Origin: Octopus vulgaris
Lineage: Eukaryota
Direction of reading: 5' to 3'
DNA length: 64,000 nt
Assembly: GCA_951406725.2 (NCBI GenBank)
Contig: OX597817.1
Location: 109,492,001 to 109,556,000, forward strand
Under the pieces are notes generated by a model. The model was not told the origin of the DNA. It ran no database searches and saw only the letters and a program-made list of their open reading frames with translations. A program made the translations under genes and the position numbers. Positions 25,200 to 38,867 of this stretch are shown here, in pieces; positions within the stretch are counted from its first letter, which is position 1, and each line of letters begins with the position of its first letter.

Positions 25200-25368
25200 A
25201 TTGATTTCAAATTTTGACACAAAACCAGCTATTTCGAGTGAGTGGGTAAGGCGATTATATCGACCTCAGTGCTCAACTGGTACTTATTATATTCACCCGA
25301 AATGATAAAAGGCGAAGTTGACCTCAGCAGAATTTAAATTCATAACGTGAAGACGGAGGAAGTGCCGC
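25200..25368 (-). mobile_element. SINE family B
   Basis: TCGACCTCAGTGCTCAACTGGTACTTATT...AAAGGCGAAGTTGACCTCAGCAGAATTT...CGTGAAGACGGA. Confidence 0.7.
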
Positions 25369-25480
25369 AGAAAAAGTATATTGACTATGATACATTTCAT
25401 TCTGTAACTAACATTCTTAAAAAAATAATTTGTTGACAGTTATTGCTCTTCTCTTCCTTCTGCTTCACTGTCCTCCCCTT

Positions 25481-25565
25481 TTCTTCTTCTTCTTCTTCTT
25501 CTTCTTCTTCTTCTTCTTCTTCTTCTTCTTCTTCTTCTTCTTCTTCTTCTTCTTCTTCTTCTTCT
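25481..25565. repeat. (CTT)n microsatellite
   Basis: Direct reading; source of the poly-E and poly-F ORFs. Confidence 0.97.
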
Positions 25566-25744
25566 GCGGCGGCGTTCTGAGTACAAATCCCACTGTGGTG
25601 AACTTTTATTTGCACTCTTTCAAAATCGATGGAATCAGATTGCTTCCTCCCTTCAACAATTGGCGTTGTGCCAATATTTGAAAAACAAGTTATTACTATT
25701 ATTATTATTGTTGTTAATGCTGCTGTTGTTGTTGTTGTTGTTAA

Positions 25745-25930
25745 GACGATAAGCTGGCTGAATCGTTAATACGCCGGACAGAATGCTTAGTGGCATTTCG
25801 TCCGTCTTTACTTTTAGAATTCATACTTTCAGGATCGATAAAATAAGTATCAGTTAAGGACTGGGGGTCGATGCTATTGTCTCGTCCCCTGCCCCAAAAT
25901 TTAAGGCCTTGTGACTGTAGTAGAAAGGAT
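25745..25930 (+). mobile_element. SINE family B
   Basis: AGCTGGCTGAATCGTTAATACGCCGG...ATGCTTAGTGGCATTTCGTCCGTCTTTAC...GATAAAATAAGTATCAG...AGGCCTTGTG. Confidence 0.75.
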
Positions 25931-27314
25931 TATGATTATCATTACACTTCTTCTGGAGCCCAAAGTGAACCCAAGTTGAGTAGAATTATGGTCAAAGGCT
26001 CTCTTCAATATTCTTTATTTTGCAAAAGGAGTGTATGTTATTTGAAGTAAATGAGACTAACGCTTTTCACTGGTGAAAGGCATCGGATCGGCGGAATGAT
26101 TAGAACGTTTGACAAAATGCTTCCCGAAACTTAACTACGACTCTAAATTCTGATTCAAAATTAACTTTGTCTTTCTTCCAACGGGAATGGATAAACTACA
26201 GTAACAATTAAATACTGAAGTCACGTAAACGACTGTGTTTTCCGAAAATTTCTGGCCTTTCTAGTGATAAGGTAGAATTTCCCACCTAGATTCGGAATTT
26301 ATATTCTTCTAGCTGGAGTGCCAGAGACGTTGTGTTGCAGTCTTTAGTTTTGTTTTCCATTTTCCTCGCGTTCAAACGCCTCTGGCCAAGTTATTTCCTT
26401 TCATCTTTTTATAATCGATATGATGCTGCGGCCGAATAACTCCTCTACATCTTTCTAATAAATACGTGTCCTACAGACCAATATAATCTAATTTTATAGA
26501 AGCTTATTTTTTAACTTTGATGTTCTTTTATGAAACATTTTTTGTTGATATCACAGAAACACTTTGTGAATTCTCCTCGCCTGGGCAAATAATTTGTTAA
26601 AATATTAATTATCTCAGAGCAAGTGTTAAAGTCCAGATGTGATTATTAAATCATATGACATTAAAGATTACCGGCTGAAACCATTTCTCTAACATACGCA
26701 ATTGATGCTCTTGAGAAAATAAATTAGTCGTGCGATCTTATCCACCCTATAATACGATGGTATTTGTACTTGTGAGAGGAGAAAATTATAGAAATATATT
26801 AATGGTGTATTTCTTCAGGTCGGTTGGTGCATTATTCTCAACAGTCTTTGTAAAACACAAAAGAATATCTTTCTCGTACAACTGAAAATTATTTATTTCA
26901 TTTAGACCTGGAAGTTAGCGCTATTGCCGTAACCCTCACAAGCCTTACCGCATAAGTGATATTAATGCGTTTTAATTGCAATTGCAACTGCGTATGAATT
27001 TACAGCATGGTCGGAATAGTTGTATCTGATTCTAGTTTGGTGTAGTTTTATTATGAATAGCAGGAAATAAAACTCCTGCTGAGTAGGCTAAAAAGGTCAT
27101 ATTCAGGTAGCATCAATCTCACTCTTGCTCTCTCTCTCTCTCTCTCTCTCTCTCTTTATTTCTTTCTATCTCTTCTTATTTCCCTCTGCCTCTCTCTTTT
27201 CTATTTGTTTGTATATACATATATGCATTATATAAAGATCTACGTGTGCAAAAATATCTATACGTATACGCATACACTCACACAAATATATACATACATA
27301 TATACATCTATGTG

Positions 27315-27371
<57 letters not shown>

Positions 27372-27576
27372 TTTCTTTTTACTTGTTTGTTCAGTCATTA
27401 GAATGTAAGTATCCGATGGTGGGGCACAGCCTTGAATAATCTTTGGTTCAATGAAATTCTTCAAGGCGGTTCCCCAGCGTGGCCGCGGTTTCTAATGAAT
27501 GAAACAAGTATATAGTATATATGTATATACATATATATATATATATATGTGTGTGGGGGGGGTATATATATATATA

Positions 27577-27868
27577 AGGATAAGACCGTTAATTCAAATA
27601 TCGATCTTATCAAGTAGCCAGCATGGGAATAAAAACCTTCAAAGGTAATAATTATTATTAAAATTGTGATTTAGGGTATCTAAGAGACACCACCACGCTG
27701 GAAATAGCAGTCAAAATGTGACTCTATAACCACATTAAATGCTCATACAACACCAGGAGAGAAGTCTTCTCTCCTGGTGTTGTATGAACATTTAATGTGG
27801 TTTTAGAGTCAAGATTTTGCTACTATTTCCAGCGTGGTGGTTTCTCTTAGATACCCTAAATTATAATT
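27577..27868. mobile_element. Fold-back palindrome in (TA)n (putative PLE terminal fragment)
   Basis: Arms 27662-27764 and 27766-27868 around a single T (GGAGAGAAG-T-CTTCTCTCC), with an ~85 nt unpaired tail at 27577-27661. Confidence 0.75.
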
Positions 27869-28132
27869 ATATATATATATATACATACATACAAATATAT
27901 ATACATGCATATATATACATATATACATATATATACACACACACATAAATAGATATATGTGTGTATGTGTGTGTATGTACGTATATGTTTGCGTGTGAAA
28001 ATATGCATGTACGTATGGGTATTTATTCACTGATATACATATCAAAATATCGTTAATTCAAATAAACAAAAAATTAAAAATAACAGAAAGAAACGTATGT
28101 AAAGACGTGCACAAGAAATATATTAATTTGAC

Positions 28133-28168
28133 GCTTAACGTTTCGAGCATAGCTTTTCATTGGAAACA
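28133..28168 (-). ncRNA. Degenerate minimal hammerhead motif
   Basis: Minus strand CCAATGA-AAAGC-TAT-GCTC-GAAAC-GTT. Core box mutated and stem I not evident. Confidence 0.3.
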
Positions 28169-28278
28169 GGAATGTCCAAAGTAAAATAAGGAAAAACCGC
28201 CAACAGTCTACACGCGGTTGTACGCACAGGCACACACACACGCGCACACACACAGACACATACACATATACATATACA

Positions 28279-28324
<46 letters not shown>

Positions 28325-28866
28325 CAATGTAAAATTTCATAGAATTTAGAATGTGACAGGATTTAAAACATTTATCAGCAATATATAAAATATATAAAGA
28401 GTATTAATTAAATTAGAGTTTATTAAAATATGTATATGAAACGGAAATAAAGTTTGCGGTTTATTAATTTTTCGTTTGAAAATATTCTAAAATCAATGAA
28501 AACATTAAATATATGTGTACGTGTTCATCTGTATATCTGTTTGTTTGTTTTTTTTTTGTGTGTGTGTGTGTGTGTGTATAAGGCGAATTGGCATTAATCT
28601 ACGCAGTCTAAGCTGTACCTGTAGTTTCTAAATGAGTTCTACTTCATTCTCCATTTCTTAAATTCAATAAAGGAACATTGTAATGGACCGCCGGAACTTT
28701 TAGAGCATCTAATGAAATTCCCCACGCTATCTCTTCTATTCCAATCATATTTCAGTTCGAATTCCAAATCCTCTTATTCGCTATTTTATAGGAAAATAAA
28801 GCAGGGCGAAAGCTCCAATATCTGATAGAATGAAGCGTCGATTAGAACTAACGAAGCATTAACACA

Positions 28867-28934
<68 letters not shown>

Positions 28935-28942
<8 letters not shown>

Positions 28943-29612
28943 TATTGAGAATATCAGAAATAAGGATTACTCCGAAGTAGCAATAGCATTACCTTTAATT
29001 CTGAAAATATATACCGCCGTTTAAGAACAACACAAGTTTCAATTGCATCGATTAGTAATAATTATAATTGCAACCGTACTACAAAACCGTGAAGTCTCTT
29101 CAGGGTCTTAACTTGATATCGCTTCGTATGGCCGTTTAATTATATTCTTTTATAAACTCTGCATTGTATAATTCTGATCTGTCCGTTAAGTCAGACGCGA
29201 AGAATCTCTATTTCAAGCTCTTATTGAATAAACGTTTTCGTCCAACATTTCAAAGCCTTGTATAGTTTAAATGATAATTATTCATTTATACTTGGCAAAT
29301 GTGAATTTCCTCATCTGCAAGCAACTCAATGCTTGCTCCTGTCTAGAATTTTTTACATTACCACTGGATGTGCAAATCCTGTAAAAGTTTTCTAAACATA
29401 TTAATTTCAGGTCTGTGTTATGTTGCAGTGCAAATTAACTCCCATATAATCGTATAGTCCTCGCTACTGTCCTTAAAATACCAGACTAATTTGCTAAGAT
29501 TCGTTTGTGTCCTTGTGATTTTGTCTTTAAATAAATTAAAATGATTTGCTCGTTTCCACTTCGAAATTAATGATGCGCCACGGATGTAGAAGAATTCCTT
29601 AAACTCAGATCT
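28935..29612 (-). mobile_element. Penelope-like element 3' end: GIY-YIG remnant plus hammerhead-bearing terminal repeat
   Basis: 29612-29418 translates [57 protein letters not shown], matching the PLE GIY-YIG pattern YIG.T..FK.R..NH..SF...T.LSK.IW.LK....Y.I.W.I. Downstream TTAAGACC-CTGAAGA...GAAAC-TTGT-GTT-GTTCTTAA at 29111-29021. Both ends in (TA)n-type microsatellite. Confidence 0.8.
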
Positions 29613-29825
29613 AACTATACATCTATGTATGTATAAATATGCATATACATACATGCACATACATACATGCACATACATACATACATACATGCATATACAT
29701 ACATAAATATATATATATATATACATACATATATATGCATATATATATATGCATATATATATACACATATATATATATATGCATACATATATATGTATAC
29801 ATACACACACATATATACATATACT

Positions 29826-29871
<46 letters not shown>

Positions 29872-29876
<5 letters not shown>

Positions 29877-30278
29877 GTACAAAATGGGACACGAACGCAA
29901 AACATCCAGACAATTGGGTGATACAAAAAAGAGACAACAAAACATCCAGATAGATGATACAAAGAAAACAAGGACAGTTCATTCGCAGTTTTCTTTCCTC
30001 AGTCGAGTTCCAGATTATCTTTGCAATTTCGGCTGGTTATACTCGTTAATGCTACAATAAGGCCAGCCCCAAGGAAAAACTATGCTAAGATCATTAGATT
30101 TCCTGGAAGAAAGCAGCGAATGTATACAAAAACAAGGACTGAGAAAAAGGAAAACGAGGAATGTTACACAAATATAAAGAACGGGACATAACAACAAGGT
30201 TCTTTCGACTAAAGACGAATTGAATTAAGCTGGCGTATGTGGAAATAAGGCATATAAGAAACCAAAGTGTACGTACGC

Positions 30279-30280
<2 letters not shown>
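29872..30280. repeat. Interspersed repeat with a second partial copy at 30655-30790
   Basis: TACAAAATGGGACA.GAA.GCAAAACATCCAGACAATT.GGTGATAC...GATACAAAGAAAACAAGGAC...TTCCTCAGTCGAGTTCCAGATTATCTT shared by both copies, each set in (TA)n. Confidence 0.8.
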
Positions 30281-30324
<44 letters not shown>

Positions 30325-30326
30325 TT

Positions 30327-30638
<312 letters not shown>

Positions 30639-30789
30639 TTGTATGTATGTATAAAAAATACAAAATGGGACAAGAAAGCAAAACATCCAGACAATTAGGT
30701 GATACGAAAAAGGGAAAACAAAACGATACAAAGAAAACAAGGACGGGTCATTCGCCGTTTTCATTCCTCAGTCGAGTTCCAGATTATCT

Positions 30790-30819
30790 TATACATACAT
30801 ATATATACAAACATATACA

Positions 30820-30851
<32 letters not shown>

Positions 30852-30987
30852 CATACTACATACACATATATATATATACATACATGCATATATATATATA
30901 TACATATTTATATATATACATACATATACATATATACATACTTATATGCATACATATATATACATATGTATATATATATACATATAT

Positions 30988-31033
<46 letters not shown>

Positions 31034-31659
31034 TTATATATATATATTCATACATATATATATATATATAATAAAATATTAGGGAATAAATCCAAACTAA
31101 CAGGGAAAAATCAGATTTAGGATTAAATCTAATTTTATAGTATAAATATATTATATTATATTATATTAAATTAGAGATAAAACCACTATTAGGCAAATCA
31201 AAAATGAAAAACATAAGCCAATACATAAAATTAATTAAATTATATTATTTTAAATATATATATCAAAAGTATTAAAAGTTTAATAAAAGATAAAGAGTAA
31301 AACACTACGATCGTTTCATGGCTGTACAATTCGTAATAATTCGAGTTATGGTTACAGTCAATCTTCTGGACTAGATTATTTTATGTGCAACTCCATTGTC
31401 TCCCGAGACAAAAAGGATGTCAGCAACGTATATATACATACATATATACATTTATATATACACGTATATACATACATATATATACATATACACATATATA
31501 TGCATATATGTATATGTACATATATTTTCATATATATATATATACATATATATGCATATATATGTACATATATATATGCATATATGTACATATACATATA
31601 TATATATATTCATATATACGCATATATATACATTCATATATACATATACATATATTTAT

Positions 31660-31704
<45 letters not shown>

Positions 31705-31753
31705 CAGATATATATATATATGTATATATATTCATATATATTTATATATATCT

Positions 31754-31804
<51 letters not shown>

Positions 31805-31930
31805 CACATATATATACATATATATATACATACATATATATACATATATATACACCTATATACACATATATACATAAATACATTACATATACATATACAC
31901 ATATGTGTATGTATATGTATATATATTATA
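30790..31930. repeat. Long degenerate (TA)n/(TACA)n arrays interrupted by a PLE-type fragment
   Basis: Direct reading; source of the many YI/IH ORFs. Confidence 0.9.
31075..31428 (-). mobile_element. PLE-type terminal fragment with degenerate hammerhead; same family as 45461-45733
   Basis: AATATTAGGGAATAAATCCAAA...CAGGGAAAAATCAGATTTAGGATTAAATC is the reverse complement of 45665-45725. Minus strand CAGAAGA-TTGACTGTA...TACAGCCAT-GAAAC-GATC-GTA at ~31369-31306. Confidence 0.65.
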
Positions 31931-32121
31931 TAGGCTTAAATATTATAAGCTATAACTGTAATGACTAGTTTAGAACTAGTTTAGAAATATTTTGTTTTGC
32001 TCTGAGCCAATGTGAATAGTTTTTTTTTACTAATTTTAATGTTGTGAATTCAATTTTCTGAACAGTTTTGCCCTGTCACCTCTGTTTTCCTTTTTTCTTT
32101 CTAATTTTACTCTCTATTCTT

Positions 32122-32161
<40 letters not shown>

Positions 32162-32168
32162 CACACAC

Positions 32169-32200
<32 letters not shown>

Positions 32201-32646
32201 GCTATCACATATTCCATTTTAATTATACTGCGTATAAACTCAAAATATAATGTTTATGTTACAAAGGCATATTGCAGAAAAAAAGCAGCATATATAGAGA
32301 ACTTTGATGGAACTAAATTACTTGGATAATACAATGCACACAAATCATAATACAGCAGACAGAACTGGTTTTTAGGTAGGATTTTGTGTACTTTGCCTCC
32401 GTGATGTCACGCAAGGGCACCCAGCTAAAGTCCCCCATTATGCTGGGGTTCACTTGCCTTGGAGGTTGCTCTCCGAATAGAGAAGGGAATTTTGAGTGAC
32501 ATTCGGTATCCCATATCCTTATAAGAATCTAACGACTCGATGCACTCCAGGTAATTTAGTACCCGTGTTTTACCAAGGAAGCCTTAGCAGACAAACATAA
32601 ATGTTTTCCATGCTCTCAGTTCCTTTAAGGTAGGCAGCTCCTCAAG

Positions 32647-32702
<56 letters not shown>

Positions 32703-32716
32703 CATAGATAGATACA

Positions 32717-32778
<62 letters not shown>

Positions 32779-33014
32779 GGCAGACAGACAGATAGACATT
32801 GAGATAGAAAGTGACTTCTTCACCTGATAATAGGGAGACGATATTCCTAGCAACCGACGAGGTTAACTCGCACAACTTTGGATATGACTGAGTTAATTCA
32901 AATGACTCTTTTCAAACACCATAGTACTCCTATTAACACGCATATATGTGTGCGTTCATACATTCATTCTTGCATGTGGAGATGTATGCAAGTGAGCATG
33001 TTGTAGAAGTATAC

Positions 33015-33136
33015 ATTTTATCGAGCCCGAAATGATGAAAAGCGGTAAACCTCGGCGATGTTTGAACTCAGAACGTGAAGACGAAAGAAATGCCGCTAAG
33101 CATTTCGCCAGGCGTGCTAACGATTCTGTCAGCTCC
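33015..33136 (-). mobile_element. SINE family B
   Basis: ACCTCGGCGATGTTTGAACTCAGAACGTGAAGACGAAAGAAATGCCGCTAAGCATTTCGCCAGGCGTGCTAACGATTCTGTCAGCTC. Confidence 0.8.
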
Positions 33137-33683
33137 ACTTGTATGGACTTTTGTATCATTCTGTCCATGAAAGAAAAGTTTTGTCTGAATTCCATGACAT
33201 TTCGCTATATTTCATGTAATATACTTGACGCCGTAATCGAAGCTACTTTTATTATTAACATTAATTTTATCTTTTCGATCATGCTTCGCTCAGACAAATT
33301 AAATTATCAGCAAATAAAGAATGTAAATGTTGGGTTTTTTTTCGTTCCATTTTAATCAATTTTTTTTTTTTAATTTCGTCTTAAGATTGAGTCTATATAT
33401 CTACACATGTCGCTCTGAGTAATGTGATAGAAATACAGTTCTCGGATTAGCAATTGGTTGTACTGAGTATATTTTTTCAGTACAAATTCCACTCTCACAA
33501 TCAAATTGATGTGTGTATGTGTGAGCTTGCGCGCGCACGCGTGTGTGTGTGTGAGTTGCGTGTGTAGACAAGTTTGTAAACATTTTTTTGCCTTTGATGG
33601 TTTTTACCACAGGCAGAAAGTCAACAACTTTACGATTACAGGTTCATACCTTAGGAATGAGAACCCATTCGAAATTTCCCCAA

Positions 33684-33729
33684 GACACCTGATGAAAGCT
33701 GGAGGGTATATCAACTGAAACGTTGTGTT
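33684..33729 (+). ncRNA. Minimal hammerhead motif
   Basis: GACAC-CTGATGA-AAGCTGG-AGGGTATA-TCAACT-GAAAC-GTT-GTGTT. Stem I GACAC/GTGTT, intact boxes, imperfect stem II, palindromic ACGT stem III, GUU triplet. Confidence 0.55.
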
Positions 33730-33859
33730 AACAACAAACAAGATGAGGACAAATATCCATCAAATGTAAATGATGTAAATATTTTATGGTACAACCTATC
33801 CGCAACGACAATAATTCAACACTGAACAATACGGTTCTTTTCAAGCTCACCGACTCTCT

Positions 33860-36120
33860 TGATTCTTTATTAGGCGCTCAAGGACCAAACACAGATAGGG
33901 GCGATACGAGGACAAGCTAGACAGTACAATTGGGGACATAAAACATAACGATAACTGAAAATATGACAAACGTACAAAATGAGGATGAACGTCCTTGCTT
34001 GAGCCCCACCCTCAAGCAATCGCGTTTACTGTTCTTTACAATTCAATTAATTATCAGTCTGTAACCCATGTTATCATAGCCAAGTCTATATATTTAGATC
34101 TTACCACTGTGGTGGGGGGCATATATTCAGACTTCACCCTCCGAATGGGATTTCCATGATATTTTTCAAAATTTTATACTTCTTTACGTCTCCTTAGGTA
34201 CATTTATCTTAGAATCCATGTAACGTTATTTTTATTACGTTTTCCATTCTATCTATAGTTTTGTCAATCGCTTCATTTGGTTTGTGTAGTAGCACACATT
34301 CTTCCTTCCAATCCGTGGTCTGCTCTTCTTTCTTTTCCTGCACGCTGGTACTCTCCTTGCTACTTTGCTGACATGTGTTGCTTTCTATCTCTGCTATTTT
34401 TTTTGTCTTTTACCTCTTCTTTTTGGAAGTTTTCGGGGACGAATCACCCTTGCCTCTCTTTCTGGCGTCTCGGGCGAACTCTCCCTCGTTCTCTGTTGGT
34501 TCTGCTTCACTTTTCTCCTCCGTCTCTGCTACATTTTCACGCTCCAACGACACTTCTTCCTTGTTGCTCGGTTCAATTGTGCTTGGGGGGGCACCTCAAT
34601 TTCATGTGCCCTTTCTGCCCACATCCATAGCAAGTGGGAGGGGGCTTCCCTCCACTGTCACGTTTAGTTTTCTCTCATGCGAGAGTTCAGTAACCTCTGG
34701 AATCTCGTTCATATCAGCCAGAGTTATCTGAACTAACAACTCTAGGCCGTATCCTCAATAGTTTAGTTTCTGCGTTCTTGTAGCTGATACAATGCAGGGT
34801 TCTTCTTTTGTAGTGGATAGGAATGACGCCGCTATCCATTCTTCCTTCATTTCCGGAGGAATCAGTGACAACCCTTACTCTGGTTATTCTTCTACAAAAG
34901 CAAGTTGACAGGAGCCTCCATTCCTCATTTCCAATAGGTACAGTAGATTTCTTTATTGCTTCTTCTGTGGAGACGAATCTCATCCCCACTATACCGAATT
35001 TCTTTCCACGGGTGTTAAAAGTTATTTTGCCATTAATATACTCCAGACATTTTTCGATATCCTCCTCTTTCGCTACTTCTATTTTTCTTTTTTTCATGTT
35101 GAGTGTCCTGTAAATAACCGTTTCCTTTTCTACTTGTGTTACATCTTCGCGCTCCGACGGCACTTCCTCCTCGTTGCTTGGCTCAGTCGTGCTCTGGGGG
35201 CACCTCCTTTTCATGTGCCACCTCTGTCAACATCCACAGCAAGTGAGGGGTCCCCTCCACTGTTACGTTTAGCTCTTTCTCATCCGGGAGTTCAATTATC
35301 TCTGGAACCTCGTTTACATCGGTCAGAGTCACCCGAACCAACAATTCTAGGTCGCATCCCCACCAGTTAAGTTTCCGCGCTCCTGCAGCTGATACCGGGC
35401 TCCTGCCTTGTAGTGGATAGGACTGACGCCACCATCCATTCTTCCTTCATTTCCGTAGGAATCCTGCTAGCCCCCACTCTGACCATTCCTACACCCAAGC
35501 AAGTTGGCATTCCTCATTTCCAATAGGTACTGTGGAGTTCTTTATTGCCTCTTCTGTGGAGACAAATCTCACCTCCACTGTACCGAATATCTTTCCAAAA
35601 GTGTAAAAAGACACCTTGTCCATAATACACTGCAGACACTCTTCGACATCTTCCTCCTTCGCCATCTCTATTTTTCTCTCCTTCCCACTGAGTGTCTCAC
35701 AAATAACCGTTTCCCCTCCACTTCTGCTAAAAGATCTTCAGGAGGGGGCCAGCATTACCCTGCCTCTCTCCCCTTCAGCAAACTCCCCACACCTTCGCAT
35801 CCTATCAATAGGTATAACTACCTCTCACAATTCGAACCTCGCTTCGCTCGCTCCATTGATCATTCCAGTCACTGCTGCGCAGCTACCACCCACATCCATG
35901 CCTGCACCTGGCGTCTCCTTCTCCATCCTTCGTGCGAGAGGAGAAAAAAAACACAAGCTTGCTCGACAAGCCATGAGTCCATTTACGTCAAAAATCGTCA
36001 AAAACTCAAAAAGCAACAATTTTTACAAACATCAGCTCAAAAGTTCAACAGTCCAAAACCAACACCAACCAACGCAACTACAACAAATCACACGCAAGCG
36101 AAAAAGGTCGCCGATTCTCT
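33860..36120 (-). mobile_element. Non-LTR element carrying only a degraded gag/ORF1-like region with a tandemly duplicated CCHC module
   Basis: Two ~590 bp diverged units (35130-35720, 34540-35130) each end in a zinc knuckle (CYGCGQKGHMKLRC; CCGC*QRWHMKRRC). A basic/acidic C-terminal region and a short 3' UTR end in AATAAA (33871-33866). No endonuclease or RT sequence seen. Confidence 0.65.
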
Positions 36121-37458
36121 CCCCACATTATCTGCGCAGTTCCATTTATATTGTGGCAGTCTATAAGGAGCCAACCCAATAGGGGTGTTCTACTTCCACA
36201 CAACAGTTTCATTGAATTTGCATGCACATTACCGTTCAGCAATGAAAGTGACGTAGCATTGAATATCGTTACGATGATTATAAGAAACAAACTACTATAT
36301 CACTCGATTTAATCATGAAAATATTTATACACATTTATTATGATAGTGAATAAATTCTTTAAATAAATACTTTACATAATTATGTTCATATTTCAAGACA
36401 GTGTTGTCCGAATGTTCATTTTTTTTTACTTTGTTCACCTTTCACCTTTGTAGAAAACATTTGTGTAAAAGCTCTGTTTCTTTCCGTAAATTATTATTCC
36501 CTGTTGATGAGGAACAGAAAAACACATATTTATTGCTTATTTATTTGAAACTCTCATAAGAAAATATTTAATAAACGGCTTTCCGTTCTCCAAAATCGAA
36601 TACTTCAAGCTAATTGCATTCGATTTCTTCTATATAGGAGGGAAAATGAATTAATATTTTCTCACTTGGTTTCACTTATCAAATATATTTCTTTGCTCTT
36701 TTCACTCACAATATGACCTTCTACACTGACTTCGCTCATTTTTGTCAGTTTTATTTCCATAACATCGTCGATCATGCAATAATTTCCTTTCTACAATGAT
36801 TTTCTATGTTATCTTCAAATAGTACAGTAAGGTATGAGTAGATTTTTATAAATATTCGTGAAGTCCCTTATTTTTCTTTACACTTAATGAGAAACAGAAG
36901 AAAGATCAGCACATGTGACAATCAGTCTAATAACATTGATTTTATTTATATTTGTAGCGTTGTTGTCTGATACGTATAACAAGTTATGAGGGTTGCAGAT
37001 GTGGGGAGAAATAATTACGCAAGGAGGTCTATCTGTGGTCTAAATGTGAGTCTGAGAGGGAATTGTGGATGGAGAAATACTGGACCAATATGTTTTGATA
37101 GCGGTGTGATAATTTTCTGTTACAGTTAGTGTAAGTGATGAGAAGAAAAAACACAAAATCTGTGACCCTGTGGATCATACTATGCCAGTGGATTGGCTTT
37201 AGTGTGAATGCAGTTCTTGATGTCCATCTGTTTAGAGGAAGCATTCTCCAAAACATGTGAACTTACTGCACGTGTTATCACAGAAATCATAAAGGCACCG
37301 TGCCCAACATGTAAGAAAAAATGAAGATATTCTAACCACATATGCACACACACTGTTGCACATACATAAATACATAAAATTGTGTGTGTGTGTGAGTTGT
37401 GTGTATGTATGTGTGTGTGTGTGTGTGTGTGTGTGATTTGTGTATGTGTGTGTGAGTT

Positions 37459-37490
<32 letters not shown>

Positions 37491-38811
37491 AGTCTGATTT
37501 TGAAAATGTTCTTTCTATATTGTAATTAGTTTTATATTGAAAGAGCTTTTTACAAAACCGTTCAAATAAGCTATGTGTTAATATAATTGTATATTAATTA
37601 TATCGATATATTTCTTATCTTAGATATCTTAGAAATCAATATCAGTATTTTTTTTTAAATTTCGATTTTTAGTATAAATTCGTTTGATTGTATAACGTAT
37701 TCATTTTATTTTAAGAAGTGCTTTATTTGACATCTGCCAAATTATAATTCCTTTACAAATATAATCCTAGGCACCTCATAAAAATAATGTTCTTATCTTC
37801 AGAATGATCAATTAGTTTTTATTTACTCAAAAACTGACATTTTTAAGAGCAAACTTCTCTGTTATCGATCATATTTTATATTTTATCACGGCAACATCTC
37901 CAAAACAGTGTTTAAGCTTGTAACATCATGATTTCATCACTGACAATGAACCTCAGAGAAAGAGCTGAATGTACATCATGAATAATAAATAATTTTTTAA
38001 AAATTATCCTAGTATTTTTCTTTTACAGGCCATTCTGATTGAGCAAAACAGGATATTCTTGATTTTATTATTTTTCCTGTAGGTCTTCTTTGGTTGCTAT
38101 CTCTAGCAAGTCGAACGCCTAACATCTTTTTCATTATGTCTGAACACGTAGGCGTATTATACTACAAGTGGGAGTCATAAATGGGAACACGATGTTGGTA
38201 GTTAATACTTAAAAATCTGTTTATATTGTTTGGGTACCAGTGATAACAGTACAGGTTTAACTGAAAAATATACTGTAGTCGTTTGCTATTGTTATCTCTA
38301 GGAATGCAGAAACACTTGATCTCAACATTATAAGATAACGTAACTCGCATCACTTCCCCAATGTCGTAATCATCGACAACAATGGCGTATAACATCTTAC
38401 TTAGTTTTCACTATTCACATGTTTGACGATATTCTTAATGTGTAAAATATCATGTCTAGAGACCAAAATTTCGTGCGTATTATTGGATACAAGATACATA
38501 CTTCTTTGTTAGCTACCCCATATACTATCGACTGCAACACAAGTACTTTGACGTTTGGCAGCGATGATGTTGATGTATGACGTTCAGGCAGTAATATAAA
38601 CTATACATGCGTGCCTGCGTATGTTCAAGCGCGTGTGTCTGTGTTTATTGGCGGTGAGTATGAATGTAAGTGAGATACACACACGCACACTCACATACAC
38701 ACAAAGAGACACACACATATGATATATGGTTTTCGCCTGAAGTATATGTTAGAGTTTTCTCTACATATGGAACTATTAGTAGCGCATTGATACGTGCATT
38801 GCGACTTTTAA

Positions 38812-38867
<56 letters not shown>

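Noticed and set aside
32340-32647. Minus-strand LEELPTLKELRA resembling the pre-RT region of an RTE-type LINE
   Set aside because: Similarity is limited to a few residues and no RT motif follows.
35504-36182. 220-aa and 188-aa plus-strand ORFs
   Set aside because: Antisense to the minus-strand ORF1-like element; no domain evident.
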